A DNA stretch of 64,000 nucleotides from the human T2T-CHM13v2.0 reference genome, Homo sapiens: the NCBI RefSeq assembly GCF_009914755.1, contig NC_060937.1, one strand, 5' to 3'. Made by a program: the position numbers and the translations under genes. Positions 35,731-49,683 of this stretch are shown here, piece after piece; within the stretch, counting starts at the first letter, position 1, and each line of letters starts with the position of its first letter. Under the pieces are notes generated by a model. That model ran no database searches, was not told the DNA's origin, and saw only the letters and a list, made by a program, of their open reading frames with translations.

Positions 35731-37041
35731 AGCAGACAACTGGGTTCAAGCCACATCCTACCACTAACTTGCAAGGGAATTTGGGCACACAAGCTATTCC
35801 ATGCCTGTGCACTTTGGTCTTCTTATCTATAAAATGATCAAATCAGAGTACCTAGAGCTGTTATCAAGTAAGAGTAGCAAGGATTGTTTGAGGACTAATT
35901 GAGTTAATAGCATAAGGAGCATAGCAGAGTGCCCGGCACAGAGTAACTGCAGTACAACTCACTGTTGCTGCCCCTTGTTGGATGAAGGAGCATCTGTGGC
36001 TTGAGGTTGGGGGAGCTGATAAAGGAAATGCCTTTCCCCGGAGCCCTTGGGCAGGTTTGGCCAAGACAGATGGCTTGAAGTGAGGAGCCATGAGGGTAGC
36101 AATCAGAAAGTCAAGAACCCCGATGCCAATTTACCAGAAGGGTTTCCAATGTGGGAGTTACAGGTGGCAGAGACAGTGGGCAAATAGTATACTCAGAAGG
36201 TCACTGAGTAGCAACTAGGGAGGCTTCCGCATGGCAGGTCTACCAGTTTTCCCCCTCTGTCTCAGGACTGCTCTACACAGAAGCCTACCATTATTTCCTT
36301 GTAAAGATGATGCAAAGTGCACCAACCTCTGTTCTCCAGGTTATTTGCACTGTAGCAATTTGCCACAAGGTCAGGGCAGCTCATTGTCTAATTGCACACT
36401 GCTTGCGGCTATTCTGGATTTGTTTGAGTCAATGTGTCTTCAGACTCTGCGGGCAGGACACAGATTCAAATCTGGGAACCAAAGGTGGGCAAACCCATCT
36501 GACCATAGTCAGTGTTGACGGAGAGGGGTTAGTGGGGGAGGAGTCTGTGCCAATGTCTAATGATCCCGTGAGAATCTATCAAAAGATGTATTTTTCTAAG
36601 TATAAATAAAAATAGCATCTGTGAAATCAGGAACAGTTGCAGCTTTGCTATCACTGTGACAACATTCTAAGCATCGACGTAAGCTATTCACCCTCATCAG
36701 ACTTTAACTGGTCACGCAGCATGTTTCGTTTTCTTCCTAACTCAAATATGGAATCTCCATCTGCTGCTGCTGCTCCCTGTCCCTTCTTTGTTGTTTAATT
36801 ACCAGCAAAGCTGCAGGAGATGAAGTCTTCATTCTGTATTTGTTCTGAATCCCCTTTCAGTACAGTAAGCTGTGCACATGCTCACTCCTCTCCCATTAAG
36901 GCCGTGGAAATTATGCTGCCAAATAATTTCCCAGTTTCCCTTGAATTTGCGTCTTCATATATTTCTCAGCTTCCTGTCGCATACTTCATTGGTCTGGCTA
37001 ATTTTTATAGTCACATCTAGCAGACGATTTTCTTTTCTTTC

Positions 37042-37072
<31 letters not shown>

Positions 37073-38983
37073 TTTGCAGTCTAGTGAAATGTTGCAGTGT
37101 GGTGTAGTCAAATGTATTTTATATTGGCAGGAATGCACAATCAAAATATTTTAAAGGTTTCTCAAGAGAAAGTGTCGAACTAAATGGAATTTTGAATGTG
37201 GGCTGGCCCTGCTTTTTGCTGGTAGCCTTTAGCTATATGAGGTTTCTAGGAAGGATGTTTGTATATATATTTTTTTCCTTTAGCTTTCTGGGGAATAAGA
37301 TGCTCTCAGTATCAATGCCTCTGGCTTCTGTGATTATACTCTCCCTACAACTGTGGCTGCTTGACAACCATCTATCACTCCCATTTCCCATTCCCATGTA
37401 GCCCCCTGTGGGGCCTAAAACCAACCCCAACCTAAAACCAACCCCAACCTCAAGCAGAGGAACTGAAACAATTCTAGAACTCAGTGTTGCCCTTGGCGTT
37501 GCTCTGATCTTGATCTTGTGCCTCAATTCTAACATTAAACTTCTCTTTTGTTCCTGAGATGTTGTTCCCAGTTCATTAGGGGAAACGGACCCTTGTCTTG
37601 GCGTTCTTGGTCTGAGTCTCTGCGCTCAAGGCTTTGTCTAATTCAGAATTCGGGACTCACAGCCCACCTGCACTAGTCATACCTCCTCCTAAGTCTAAAG
37701 TTTTCTCCTTGCACTGTGGCCTGGTAGTAAGTGCCTTGCTTCTTACAGATGGACTTCCCCAATGAGGTCTGCCTTCCTCCCCAGTTGCTTAAGAGGTCCT
37801 TATTGCTGGGGTCTGTTTTTGGTCTACCTGCTCCTCTCAAATCCATGGTGGACCACCTATTACTATTGTTTTTGGTGATCTCTTGTCTGTGGTCATGCCT
37901 GCCGGATTTCATGCCCTACCTTTGACAAGGAACTTACCCCAGCATCTGTAACTGACAGTGTCCCTGAGGGCCTGCTACATCCCAGCAAGGGAGGAGTCCA
38001 GGGCTTGGTCCTGCCTCTCTCGAGCTGCCCTCTCCCTGCAATTCACAGCCCTGTTGATCTTGAGATGGAACAAGCGGTGGTCTTCATGGTCAAAAAGTTA
38101 AGGACTTGATTGCTTTCAAATCTATTTCTACTTTTTCGGCCCCTTCTCTAACTTCTTAAACTGTAAGCTTTCCCTAAGATTCTAACAGAATCTTGGCTTT
38201 AAAGTTAGGTTCTTTAAGACTAAAGTAGGTTCTATATGGCCATGTGAAAAGGGCAAGACTGTCCTTTTCAATAAAAGGCCATTTGTAATGAAACCTTTAT
38301 GTAAAAATTCCTCTGACTGATTCCATATCAGCCTTAGTTCTCATGCCTTGTCTCCTTGTGCCCTAGGCTCTGTGTGTTAACGCTGGTTCTAGTGCCCTGC
38401 CCATCCAGAGCTGACACATAATTGTGACATTAATCCCTCTCCACATTTGCTTTATTGACCTGGCTTGTGCAAGCTGCCTGTACCACCTCTAGTATTCCAT
38501 TGGAGTACCTTCTGATTGTGCATTTAGTCCTGCTGTCCTGGCCCTGCCAACTGATAGAAAGTATAATTCACTGTAAGATTGAGTTAAGACACTATCTCCA
38601 AGCTTCTAATTTTGTTGTATTCGCTTTCCTGAGTCAGGCTCACAGAGTTCCAGCCTCTATATGACTATTTCCCTGAATTATATCTGCCACCCTGACCTGT
38701 CTCCTTAGTTCTAAAGTATGTGCTCCCCATTCCAGCTAATGGCCTCACAATTCACCTTACAATCTAAGCTAGGAACCTCAGATTTGCTGTTGAGATCCAT
38801 CAAAACGAGAGAGCCATTATCCATGTAATCAGAACTAAGGCCCCAGCAGTCAACTCAGAAATAGGTTTGGATGCTTAGCTCTGCACATGAGAAATTTCAT
38901 CATATCAGTTCTTAAGAAATCAACTTACACCCATAGAACTCATAGGGAACTACACCCACAGAACTAATAGGGAACTAATTTTT

Positions 38984-40065
38984 TTTACCTTTTATTGTAG
39001 ATTCAGGGGTACATGTGCAAGTTTGTTATATAGGTAAATTCGTGTCACAGGGATTTCTTGTATAGAGTATTTTGTCAGTCAAGTACTAAGCTTAGTACCC
39101 AATAACTATTTTTTCTGATTCTCTCCCTTCTCCCACCATCCACCCTCAAGTAGATGCCAGTGTCTGTTGTTCTTCTCTTTGTGTCCATCTGTTCTCATAA
39201 TTTAGCTCCCACTTATAAGTGAGAACTTGTGGTATTTGGTTTTCTCTTCCTATGTAAGTTTGCTAAGGATAATGGCCCCCAGCTCCATCCGTGTTCCTGC
39301 AAAGGACACGATCTCATTCTTTTTTATGGTTACATAGTATTCCATGGTGTATATGTACCATATTTTCTTTATCCAGTCTACCATTGATGGGCATTTAGGT
39401 TGATTCCATGTCTTTGCTATTGTGAATAGTGCTGCAATGAACATATGGGTGCATGTGTCTTTATGATAAAATGATTTATATTCCTTTGGGTATATACCCA
39501 GTAGTGGAATTGCTGGGTCAAATGGTAGTTCTGTTTTTAGCTCTCTGAAGAATCCTCAGACAGCTTTCCACAATGTCTGAACAAATTTACACTCTCACAA
39601 ACAGTGTATAAGCATTTTCTTTTCTCTGCAACCTTGCCAGCATCTGTTTTTCTTTGACTTTTTAATAATAGCCATTCTGACTGGTGTGAAATGTTATCTC
39701 ATTTGTGTTTTTGATTTGCATTTATCTAATGATCAGTGATATTGAGCTTTTTTTTCATATGTTTATTGGCCACATGAATAATATGTCTTCTTTTGAAAAG
39801 TTTCTGTTCGTGTCCTTTGTCTACTTTTTAACGGAGTTTTTTTTTCTTATAGGTTGGTTTAAGTTCTTTATAGATGCTGGATATTAGACCTTTGTCAGAT
39901 GCATAGCTTGCAAAAATTTTCTCCTATTCTGTAGGTTGTCTGTTTACTCTGTTGATAGTTTCTTTTGCTGTGCAGAAGCTTTTAAGTTTAATTACATCCT
40001 ATTTATCAATTTTTGCTTTTGTTGCAATTGCTTTTGGCATTTTCATCATGAAATCTTTGCCAGAC
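38984..40065 (-). mobile_element. 5'-truncated L1 (L1PA13-16/PB-like)
   Basis: L1 3'UTR/ORF2 end with 15-bp TSD agggaactaattttt at 38969-38983 and 40066-40080. Confidence 0.92.
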
Positions 40066-40189
40066 AGGGAACTAATTTTTAACCCAGAATTCTGTTTTGT
40101 AAATTTAGAGGATTATAATGGGGTATTCAACTTTCCTTTTATTGCATTCTTCCAGTTCATAATCCATAGTCACTTTTTAAAAAAATTAT

Positions 40190-40464
40190 TTTACAGACAG
40201 TCTCACTCTGTCATCCAGACTGAAGTATAGTGGCATGAGCATACCTCATTGCCACCTCAAACTCCTGGGCTCAAGCAATCCTCTTGCCTCAGCCTCCTGA
40301 GTAGCCAGGACTATAGGTGCACACCACCATACCTGGCTAATTTTTTTAAATTACTTTTTGTAGAGATCGGGGGGGGTCTCACTATGTTGGCCAGGCTGAT
40401 CTTGAACTCTGAGCCTCAAGTGATCCTCCCACCTTGGCCTCCCAAAATGCTGGGATGACAGGTC
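40190..40464 (-). mobile_element. AluJ
   Basis: Diverged two-arm Alu (ctcctgggctcaagcaatcc). Confidence 0.88.
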
Positions 40465-40618
40465 CATAGTCCCTCTTCCAGAGAAACTTCACTGACTGGA
40501 TGAGTTATCAGGGGTTCCATGGAAGAAATAGGCTTTGAGTAAAGGAGTGGGGTAATCTTGAGAGATTCTCATTATGAACATGTCAGAATAATCAGAGTAA
40601 TCCATGTTTCTATAGAGA

Positions 40619-40741
40619 GATGGCATCAACTCTCACATTCCCATAAGGTATAAAAAGTAAACTCCTCTTGATGTCTTTCTAGCAAGCATCAAGAGGAGTT
40701 TACTTTTTATACCTTATGTGAATGTGAGAGTTTATGTCATC
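40619..40741. repeat. Inverted repeat: 55-bp arms, 13-nt spacer
   Basis: 40619-40673 versus 40687-40741: 3 mismatches, inner 32 bp perfect. Confidence 0.95.
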
Positions 40742-40917
40742 AGCTCATCCTTGGTAGCTAATGGGATGACAGGTGTTGAAGTTAGATCATCCCTACATTC
40801 ATTCACAAAGCTGGAACAATGAGGGAGCACTTAGTGCCAAGTACCCTGTGAAGCACACACAGTGTCTCAACCTCTCATATAATACAACAACTCTATGAAA
40901 TAGATGTTACGTATCCT

Positions 40918-41805
40918 TGTTGTGGTTGAGTTATGTACCCCCAAACAATATGTCCAAGTCCTAACCCCAGGTACCTGTGAAAGTGGCCTTATTTGGAAAT
41001 AAGTTCTTTGCAGATGTAATGTTAAGAAGAAGTCATACTGGATATGGTGGACCCTAAGCCCAATATGACTAGTGTCCTTATAAGAAAAGGAGAAGACACA
41101 GAAACACAGAGAAAAGACAATGTGAAGAGACAGAAGGAAAATGCCAATAATGACAGAGTCAAGAGATTGGAGTCACATTCTGTAAGGCAAGAAGTGCCAA
41201 GGATTGCTGGTAAATACCTGAAGCTAGAAGAGACAAGGAGGGATTCTTCCCCAGAGCCTTCGAAGGAAGCACAGCCCTGCTGTATTAGTCCATTCTCACA
41301 CTGCTATAAAGAAATACCTGAGACTGGGTAATTTATAAATAAAAGAGGTTTAATTGGCTCATGGTTCCATAGGCTGTACAGGAAGCATGGCGGCATCTGC
41401 TTCTGGGGAGGCCTCGGGGAGCTTTTACTCATGGTGGAAGGTGAAGCAGGAGCAGTTGTCTTACATGGCAGGAGCAGGAGGAAGAGAGAAGGGGGAGGTG
41501 CTATACACTTTTAAACACTCACGAGAACTCACTCACTATCATGAGAACAGCACCGAGGGGACGGTGCTAAACCAATCACGTGAAATTGTTCCCATGATTC
41601 AATCACCTCCCACCAGGCCCCACCTCCAACACTGGAGATTACAATTGAACATAAGATTTGGGTGAACACAGATCCAAACCATATCCCCTGCTGACACCTT
41701 GATTACAGACTTCTGGCCTCCAGAACTGTCAGAGAATAAATTTCTGTTGTTTTAAGCTACCCTGTTTGTGATACTTTGTTAAGATAGCCCTAGGAAACTA
41801 GTACA
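40918..41805 (+). mobile_element. MLT1 LTR interrupted by an MST LTR (41281-41686, - strand)
   Basis: MLT1 termini tgttgtggttgag...ggaaactagtaca. MST tgtattagtccattctcac...ccaaaccatatc with 5-bp TSD cctgc. Confidence 0.85.
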
Positions 41806-43074
41806 ACCTCCATTTTCCAAATGAAGTAAGGTATGCTTGGAAATGCTGATGTACCCAGTTGCAATTTCTTAGAGCTCCCTGACTGCAAACTCTTGAACTC
41901 ATGTTCCTTTACTCCCTTGCTGGTTGATCTAGCCTATTAGGTGATAGTTTCCTTTCTCTTCTGTTAACATTATATTCTAGATAAACGACATCTTCTAGAT
42001 AAATTACATAACAACATCATCATTCCCCCAAGTCTGATTATGCAGAACATTAGTTCTGTGAGATGTTAGACTGTGTTAGCATGCAAAAAAAGTTTTCAAG
42101 GTTAAAAAAAGAGAGGGAAATTCTGTGTATATCAGGCTTTTTGTTTGTTTGTTTTCTGTAGGACCTCATAGAAACTTCAAAATGTACTGTGACTCTCCAA
42201 GAGGGGCGTATTAGAGCTTGCCATGTTTCTCAGGTTAATTTGACCAAGAAAACTTTTCTTTTACAGAACATCTCATGGATTCGTGTTTAGTGGAAGATAC
42301 TGTGGGAAGTGCTAACTTGAAGGATTAATAACTCTTTTCTTTTTTTTGACATCATTTACATGCCAACCATGTTTTTTGAGTATTATCTTCACATAGATTT
42401 CTAAAGAAGAATTGAAAAATATTCTTGCTGCATCAGAAATATGTTGACAAACCACCTTTTGGGGTAGGTTAAATTAACTACTGCTTTACCATACCTCTTT
42501 TATTCTTTAGATCATTATATGGATTCTCAGGGTCAAAGTCTTCTAGTCAAAGGCCATTAGAGACATGGCTGTAGTTAACAGAATTGGATTCATGGACTTC
42601 TTGCACACCATTGGAAATTGCAGTGTCTCAGGAAAGGGTGTTAGTCAGGAATTACATATATTATAAGATTTGTGCTCATGTTAGGTAATTTGAGGATAAG
42701 ATTCCAGGAAGCAGAACTTTGCAGAAGCAAAAGTGGTTTTTAGTTCTTCTAATAGACTCTGAAAACAGGGACCCAGATTATCATACCCAAGCAATGAAAA
42801 TATGTCCCGCAAAATCTGTGTGTTCTTTTCTAGATGTCCAATGGGCTTTCCTCCCACAGTCATGGGCTGCTCCGTAGTATTTATACAGGTGCAGCAAGAA
42901 GTGGTTAGCACAAATTTCTCTTTGGCTAGCTAAGAAGAGATTTAAGGCTATGTGATTATCCGTGACAACTTTGCCTTACAAATTTAAGTGTAAACCTAGG
43001 CTTCCAGAACAGAAGTAGTATAATTTATGACTTTTTTCAGGCTCAGAGACAAGTTTTAGATGATACTTTCCAGC

Positions 43075-43872
43075 TGTAGTAGTCATTGCTTGCATAGTCA
43101 AGTCAACTTGACTGGATTAAGGAATACCTGGAGAACTTGTAAAGCATGACTTCTGCGTATGTCTGTGAGGGTGTTTCCAGAGGAGATTATTGTGTAAATC
43201 AGTGGACTGTGTGGGGAACTTCTGCTCTCAATGGATGGGCACTGTCTAATTGGCTTGGGGCCAGAATAGAGCAAAAAATAAGAAAAAGGGATTTGCTCTC
43301 TTGCTCCTGGAGCTGAGACATTCTTCTCCTTCTGCCCTTTGACATTAGAACTCCAGGCTCTCTGGCCTTAGGACTCTAGGGCTTTCACCAGTGGGCCCCC
43401 GGGTTCTCAGGCCTTCAAACTCAGCCTGAGAATTACACCTGGTTCTGAGGCCATCAAACAGGGACTGAGCCACACTGTTAGCATTCCAGGGTCTCTATCT
43501 TGCCGACGGCCTGTTGTGGGACTTCTCAGCCTCCATAACTGTGTGAGCCAATTCCCCTAATAAATCTCCTCTCATCTATCTATCTATCTATCTATTATCA
43601 TCTATCTACTTATTATGTAGATGATTGATAGATGATAATTGGTAGATTATCATCTATCAATCATCTATGTATTATCTATCGATTATCATCTATCAATTAT
43701 CCATCATCTATCAAATATTTATCATCTATCAATTATCTATAATCTATCATCTATCAATCATCTATTATCTATCAATTATCTATCATCTATCAATTATCTA
43801 TCATCTATCTATCATCTATAATTCTATAATATCCTATTGGTTCTGTCTGTCTGGAGAACCCTAACTAAAACA
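43075..43872 (+). mobile_element. MLT2 (ERVL) LTR containing a degenerate (TCTA/TCAT)n expansion at 43574-43826
   Basis: gtcaacttgactggattaagg...ctggagaaccctaactaaaaca, with the typical internal TCTA tract. Confidence 0.88.
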
Positions 43873-44508
43873 CATAGTATGCAACACAAGAATGCAGCCC
43901 TCCATCTGAAGAGTTCTCTCAAGTAGCCTGTGCTTGACTTTTTTGGAGATTTCTTTGCATTCTTTTTAGGGAAACATGATCCACTGGAGGGGTGGTAGTT
44001 TTAAACAACTGAAATTCTCTAACAATTTTCCTGAATATACAGTAAAGTTAGTGTGTGGCAGGTGGCCGTAAGCCTTATGTCCACATAAGAAGGACTGTCC
44101 TGATGAAGCAGAAACTGTATTAATATTGGCAATTTAAAAATTGTTAATTACAACAGGAATTTGCCTTTTTCTTTATTTGGTCGTGGTTGTGGGGGTGTGT
44201 CACTAGAGGTGGGAAAATCCCTTCAGTGAAGTCAAACAAGTCCTGCTAAGCAGGCTGGAGTGTCTCTGAAGTAACTGTTCTTACCCAGGATAGGCCCAAT
44301 CTTTGTTCTCACTCCTCAAGGATCAGAGTTTGCTGATAGGCTTGTGAGGACCTCAGCAGACGTATTTTTCTGGAGTGCAATGGTGCAATCATGGCTAACA
44401 GTAGCCTCAACTTCCTGGGTTCAAGCAATCCTCCTGCCTCAGCTTCCCAAGTATCTGAGATTTCGTCTTTTTTATAGGGGTTCTTGTAGTGTCAAGATAC
44501 CTCTTCTT

Positions 44509-47189
44509 CTTTTTTTTTAATTATACTTTTAAGTTATGGGCTACATGTGCAGGTTTGTTACATAGGTATGCAAAGGCCATGGTGGTTTGCTGCACCCATC
44601 AACCTGTCATCTACATTAGGTATTTCTCCTAAGGCTATCCGTCCTCTAGCCACCCACTGGCCAATAGGCCCTGATGTGTGATGTTCCCCTCCCTGTGTCC
44701 GTGTGTTCTCATTATTCAACTCCCACTTATGAGTGAGAAGATGTGGTGTTTGCTTTTCTGTTCCTGTGTTAGTTTGCTGAGAATGATGGTTTCCAGCTTC
44801 ATCCACATCCCTGCAAATGTCGTGAACTCATCCTTTCTTATGGCTGCATAGTATTCCATGGCGTATATGTGCCACATTTTCTTTATCTAGTCTATCATTG
44901 ATGGACATTTGGGTTTGTTCCAAGTCTTTGCTATTTTGAGTAGTGCTTCAATAAACATACTTGTGAATGTGTCTTTATAGTACAATGACTTATAATCCTT
45001 TGGGTGTATACCCAGTAATGGGATGGCTGGGTCAAAAGGTATTTCTGGTTCTAAATCCTTGAGGAATCGCCGCACTGCCTTCCACAATGGCTAAACTAAT
45101 TTACACTCCCACCAACAGTGTAAAAGCATTCCTATTTCTCCACATTCTCTCCAGCATCTGTTGCTTCCTGACTTTTTAATGATCACCATTCTAACTGGCA
45201 TGAGATGGTACCTCAATGTGGTTTTGATTTGCATGTTTCTAATGACCAGTGATGATGAGCTTTTCTTCATATGTTTGTTGGCCGCATAAATGTCTTCTTT
45301 TGAGAAGTGTCTGTTCATATCCTTTGCCCACTTTTGATGGGGTTGTTTGTTTATTCTCGTAAATTTGTTTAAGTTCCTTGTAGATTCTGGATATTAGCCC
45401 TTTGTCAGATGGATAAATTGCAAAAATTTTCTCCCATTCTGTAGGTTGCCTGTTCACTCTGATGATAGTTGCTTTTGCTGTGCAGAAGCTCTTTAGTTTA
45501 ATTAGATCCCATTTGTCATTTTGGCTTTCGTTGCTCTTGCTTTGGTGTTTCAGTCATGAAGTCTTTGTCCATGCCTGTGTCCTGAATGTATTGCCTAGGT
45601 TTTCTTCTAGGGTTTTTATGATTTTAGATTTTACATTTAAGTCTTTAATCCATCTTGAGTTAATTTTTGTTTAATGTGTAAGGAAGGAGTCCAGGTTCAG
45701 TTTTCTGTATATGGCTAGCCAGTTTTTCCAACACCATTTATTAAGTAGGGAATTCTTTCCCCATTGCTTGTTTTTGTCAAGTTGTCAAAGATCAGATGGT
45801 TGTAGATGTGTGGTGTTATTTCTGAGGCCTCTGTTCTGTTCCATTGGTCTATATATCTGTATCTGTTTTTGTGCCAGTACCACTCTGTTTTGGTTACTGT
45901 AGCTTTGTAGTATAGTTTGAAGTTAGGTAGCATGATGCCTCCAGCTTTGTTCTTTTTGCTTAGGATTGTCTTGGCTATATGGGCTCTTTTTTGGTTCCAT
46001 ATGAAATTTAAAGTAGTTTTTTTTCTAATTCTGCAAAGAAACTCAATAGTAGCTTGATGGGCATAGCACTGAATGTGTAAATTACTTTGGGCAGTATGGC
46101 CATTTTCATGATACTGATTCTTCCTATCCATGAGCATGGAATGTTTTTCCATTTGTTTGTGTCCTCTCTTATTTCCTTGAGCAGTGGTTTGTAGTTCTCC
46201 TTGAGGAGGTCCTTCACATCCCTTATAAGTTTTATTCCTAGGTATTTTATTCTCTTTGTAGCAATTGTGACTGGGAGTTCACTCATGATTTAGCTCTCTG
46301 CTTGTTTATTATTGGTGTATAGGAATGCTTGTAATTTTTGCACATTGATTTTGTATCCTGAGACTTTGCTGAATTTGCTTTGCTGAAGGAGTTTTTGGGC
46401 TGAGATGATGGGGTTTTGTAAATATACAGTCATGTCATCTGCAAACACAGACAATTTGACTTCCTCTCTTCCTATTTGGATACCCTTTATTTCTTTCTCT
46501 TGCCTGATTGTCCTGGCCAGAACGTCCAATACTATGTTGAATAGGAGTGGTGAGAGAGGGCATCCTTGTCTTATGTGTATTTTCAAAGGGAGTGCTCCCA
46601 GCTTTTGCCCATTCAGTATGATATTGGCTGTGGGTTTGTCATAAATAGCTCTTATTATTTTGAGATTATGTTTCATCAATATCTAGTTTATTGAGAGTTT
46701 TTAGCATAAAGGGGTGTTGAATTATATCAAAGGCCTTTTCTGCATCTATTAAGATATTCATGTGGTTTTTGTTATTGGTTCTGTTTCTGTGATGGATTAC
46801 GTTTATTGATTTGCATATGTTGAACCAGTCTTGCATGCCAGGGCTGAAGCCAACTGGATCGTAATGTATAAGCTTTTTGATGTGCTGCTGGATTCAGTTT
46901 GCCACTATTTTATTGAGGATTTTTACATTGATGTTCATCAGGGAAATTGGCCTGAAATTTTCTTTTTTTGTTGTGTCTCTGTCAGGTTTTGGTATCAGGA
47001 TGATACTGGCCTCATAAAATGAGTTAGGGAGGAGTCCCTCTTTTTCTATTGTTTGGAATAGATTCAGAAGGAATGGTACCAGCTCTTCTTTGTACCTCTG
47101 GTAGATATCGGCTGTGAATCCATCTGCTCCTGGGCTTTTTTTGTTGGTAGGCTATTAATTACTGCCTCAATTTAAGAACTTGTTATTGG
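44509..47189 (-). mobile_element. 5'-truncated L1PA (PA7/8-like), 2.7 kb
   Basis: 3'UTR plus ORF2 C-terminal/RT fragments (ORF track 45091-46679), with a degenerate TSD acctc(t/c)tctt. Confidence 0.93.
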
Positions 47190-47335
47190 AGACCTCCTCT
47201 TTTGCAATGCATTTGGAATTCAGGACTAATCCCAAATCAAATGCCTATATCAGTGTATAAGTATTCTTTTTTTCTTTTGTCAGCTTGCAGGTCTGGATGA
47301 GGGCAATTTATTTTGCCATCTGAACTTATTTTATA

Positions 47336-47408
47336 TCTAGGTAAAGCTTATATTACTTTTGAAATATAAGCTTTACCTAGACTTGCTATCACAAAGTCAG
47401 TGATAGCA
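47336..47408. repeat. Two adjacent perfect hairpins (19-bp and 9-bp stems)
   Basis: tctaggtaaagcttatatt/aatataagctttacctaga and tgctatcac/gtgatagca. Confidence 0.92.
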
Positions 47409-47457
47409 TATCCTACTAGGCAAATTTTACTTTTTGTTCGTTTGTTTGTTTTTTCAG

Positions 47458-47524
47458 TCTGAACCAACAACAAGCAAAGTTAAATTATGGATATCCAAGG
47501 GAGTCTATAGAAGGTCCATGCAAG
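47458..47524 (+). other. CYSLTR2: Candidate internal 5'UTR exon (67 nt)
   Basis: Strong acceptor tttgtttgttttttcAG|TCT (AG 47456-47457) and donor CAAG|GTATGG (GT 47525). Alternative donor GAG|GTAATC at 47548. Confidence 0.65.
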
Positions 47525-49683
47525 GTATGGAGAGTTCCTCAACAGAGGTAATCAATCATCAGCTTCTTTTTCTACAGATGAAGGAAAGAGGGTCACTGGG
47601 TTTAGGGTGTTACAGTGATGAATGGTGATATTTGAAGGGAAACCAACAATATTTCCTAGGAGATTAAGTGACTAGCTGAAAAATTTTGAGTTACGTCTAT
47701 CAATAAAACATCAGGGGAATTATTAGGTTTAGTGTAGACCCCAGAACTAGTTTGACAAAGTCACTCCAGCTTCCACAAGCTTTGCTGCAGCTTCTAGAAC
47801 TCTTAGACAAGACAACTATGCTGTGACTACTAGAGCTAATGAAAGACTGAAATAAACAATAGATTTTTTGATGAGTCCCATGTCATTGAGTCAAAGCCCC
47901 TAGTGTTTGTTCAGACTTCTCATGACAAAAAAGAAAAGTGGGGTTGCTAATCGAGAATCTTGGAAAAAGATATTTTGATACACAGTTATTACAGTAATCT
48001 TTGTGCTTAAACATGAGCATTCTTTTTTTAACTCAAAAAAGGGTTTAATCCTTGAAAGATATTTATATTAGCATATTTTACTTAAATATAATTAACAGAA
48101 AAATAAAAATATTTTTATCAGCTTTTTATTAGTAAGTTTGGTAAATAAAAGAGCTCTCATAATAATTTTAAATTAATTTAAATTCAAAGGATATTGGAAA
48201 ATCTAATTATTCCCATTGTCTTTCCTTTCATAGATGACAAAACAAATCTTGTGTTACCTAATAGCCATTACAGTAAACCCAAAGATAGTTTAGACACAAA
48301 AGACATATTAATAGCTTGATTATTCTGAATTTGGGTCCTGAATTTTGGAAAGAATCAAGAATAGTTGTTCCAGGAGACAAGATGTAAGTCATAAGTATCT
48401 AGGGTCCAGAAATAATTATAGATGACATTGTAAAAAAATTGCTATGTGTTAGCAATTAACAATAGTCACTAGAAACAACATTTTATTAAAGCAAGGAGTC
48501 TTTTAAAAATGATGTAAAAGTGTCAAAAGCACTGAAAGTTAACAGAATATTTTATTGACAAAAGAAATATTCACTAATATGGGCATAGCATAACTTAATT
48601 TTTGTATATTAAAAAGACTCCAATTCTAATTTTACTCTTTTTGTACATCATTCATGTAACATTCTACAGTACAGAATTTATTAATATGGCTTTACATGTA
48701 TGCATTTAGGCATACACAGATATGTAAATATACAAATAGAAAATACATTTCAAATTTTACATTTTAACTGTAGCTTTAAAATTAAATCTATTAGATAAAA
48801 TAATATGTATGTCAAAATAAAATTTACCCTCTGAATAAATGGTTTCAACTTTCCTAATAAACAGGAAATCAACAGGATATTTATTCTGTATACATATTTG
48901 TGTTTCTCTGTATTAAACATTTATATTAATTATCATCTTTAATCAAAGTAATCAACCTTCCTTTTCTTTAGGCAAGAAAGAAAAAGGAGAGAAAACATGA
49001 TTTACTTAGATATTTTTTGGTCTACTAGCATTTATTTCATACAATTTAAACAGTTTCAATATATAAATATATGATGTCATTCAAAGGAATTTGCATGTTT
49101 TGTTAATCTATTGTCATTTTAAGAAATAAACATAATTGTATTTAATGATCAGTGTTTTTATGTTTATTTAGAAATTGTGTAGGCATCCAAAGGATTATTA
49201 TCAATTAACCATTGTCTAAGTCCTTAAAGTTAGTTAAGGATCAGGAAATTACAATTTTAGTTAACAAATGAAACTTATAATTTGTAGCATTGTAAGAATT
49301 TTATAAAAATTATAAAGGCATTTATTATTATCATTCACTTTAGTTTAATACAATTTTATATATATTAAAATAAAATTCTAAATTTAGACAAGTTATAGAA
49401 CTAGTGGAATCTTGTTGAACTCATACAACTAATGTAGAAAATTCAGTTTAACAAAAAAAAATTTAACTTTGGCCTTATAGAAACCAAAAGATTGGGCTGT
49501 CACTAGTTTTTGTATTAAAGTAATTTTTTGAAGACTCTGAATCATGCCAAACATGTAATCTTTTAACTTATATATAATGCCTTTTCTTTTCTCTTAATTA
49601 TAATAAAGGCTACTATGTAAATATACTGTTTGTGCCCACAGAAAGAAACACAGTTTAATAACATTTTTTCCCCTTTTTTTCAG

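Noticed and set aside
35126-35731. 201-aa ORF
   Set aside because: Non-ATG start, lies in L2-derived sequence, no recognisable domain.
37414-37450. 17-bp tandem repeat (cctaaaaccaaccccaa x2), telomere-like
   Set aside because: Simple slippage duplication, not TTAGGG units.
43574-43864. Repetitive ORFs (YHLSII...) or a CRISPR-like array
   Set aside because: Degenerate TCTA/TCAT microsatellite inside an MLT2 LTR; no repeat-spacer structure.
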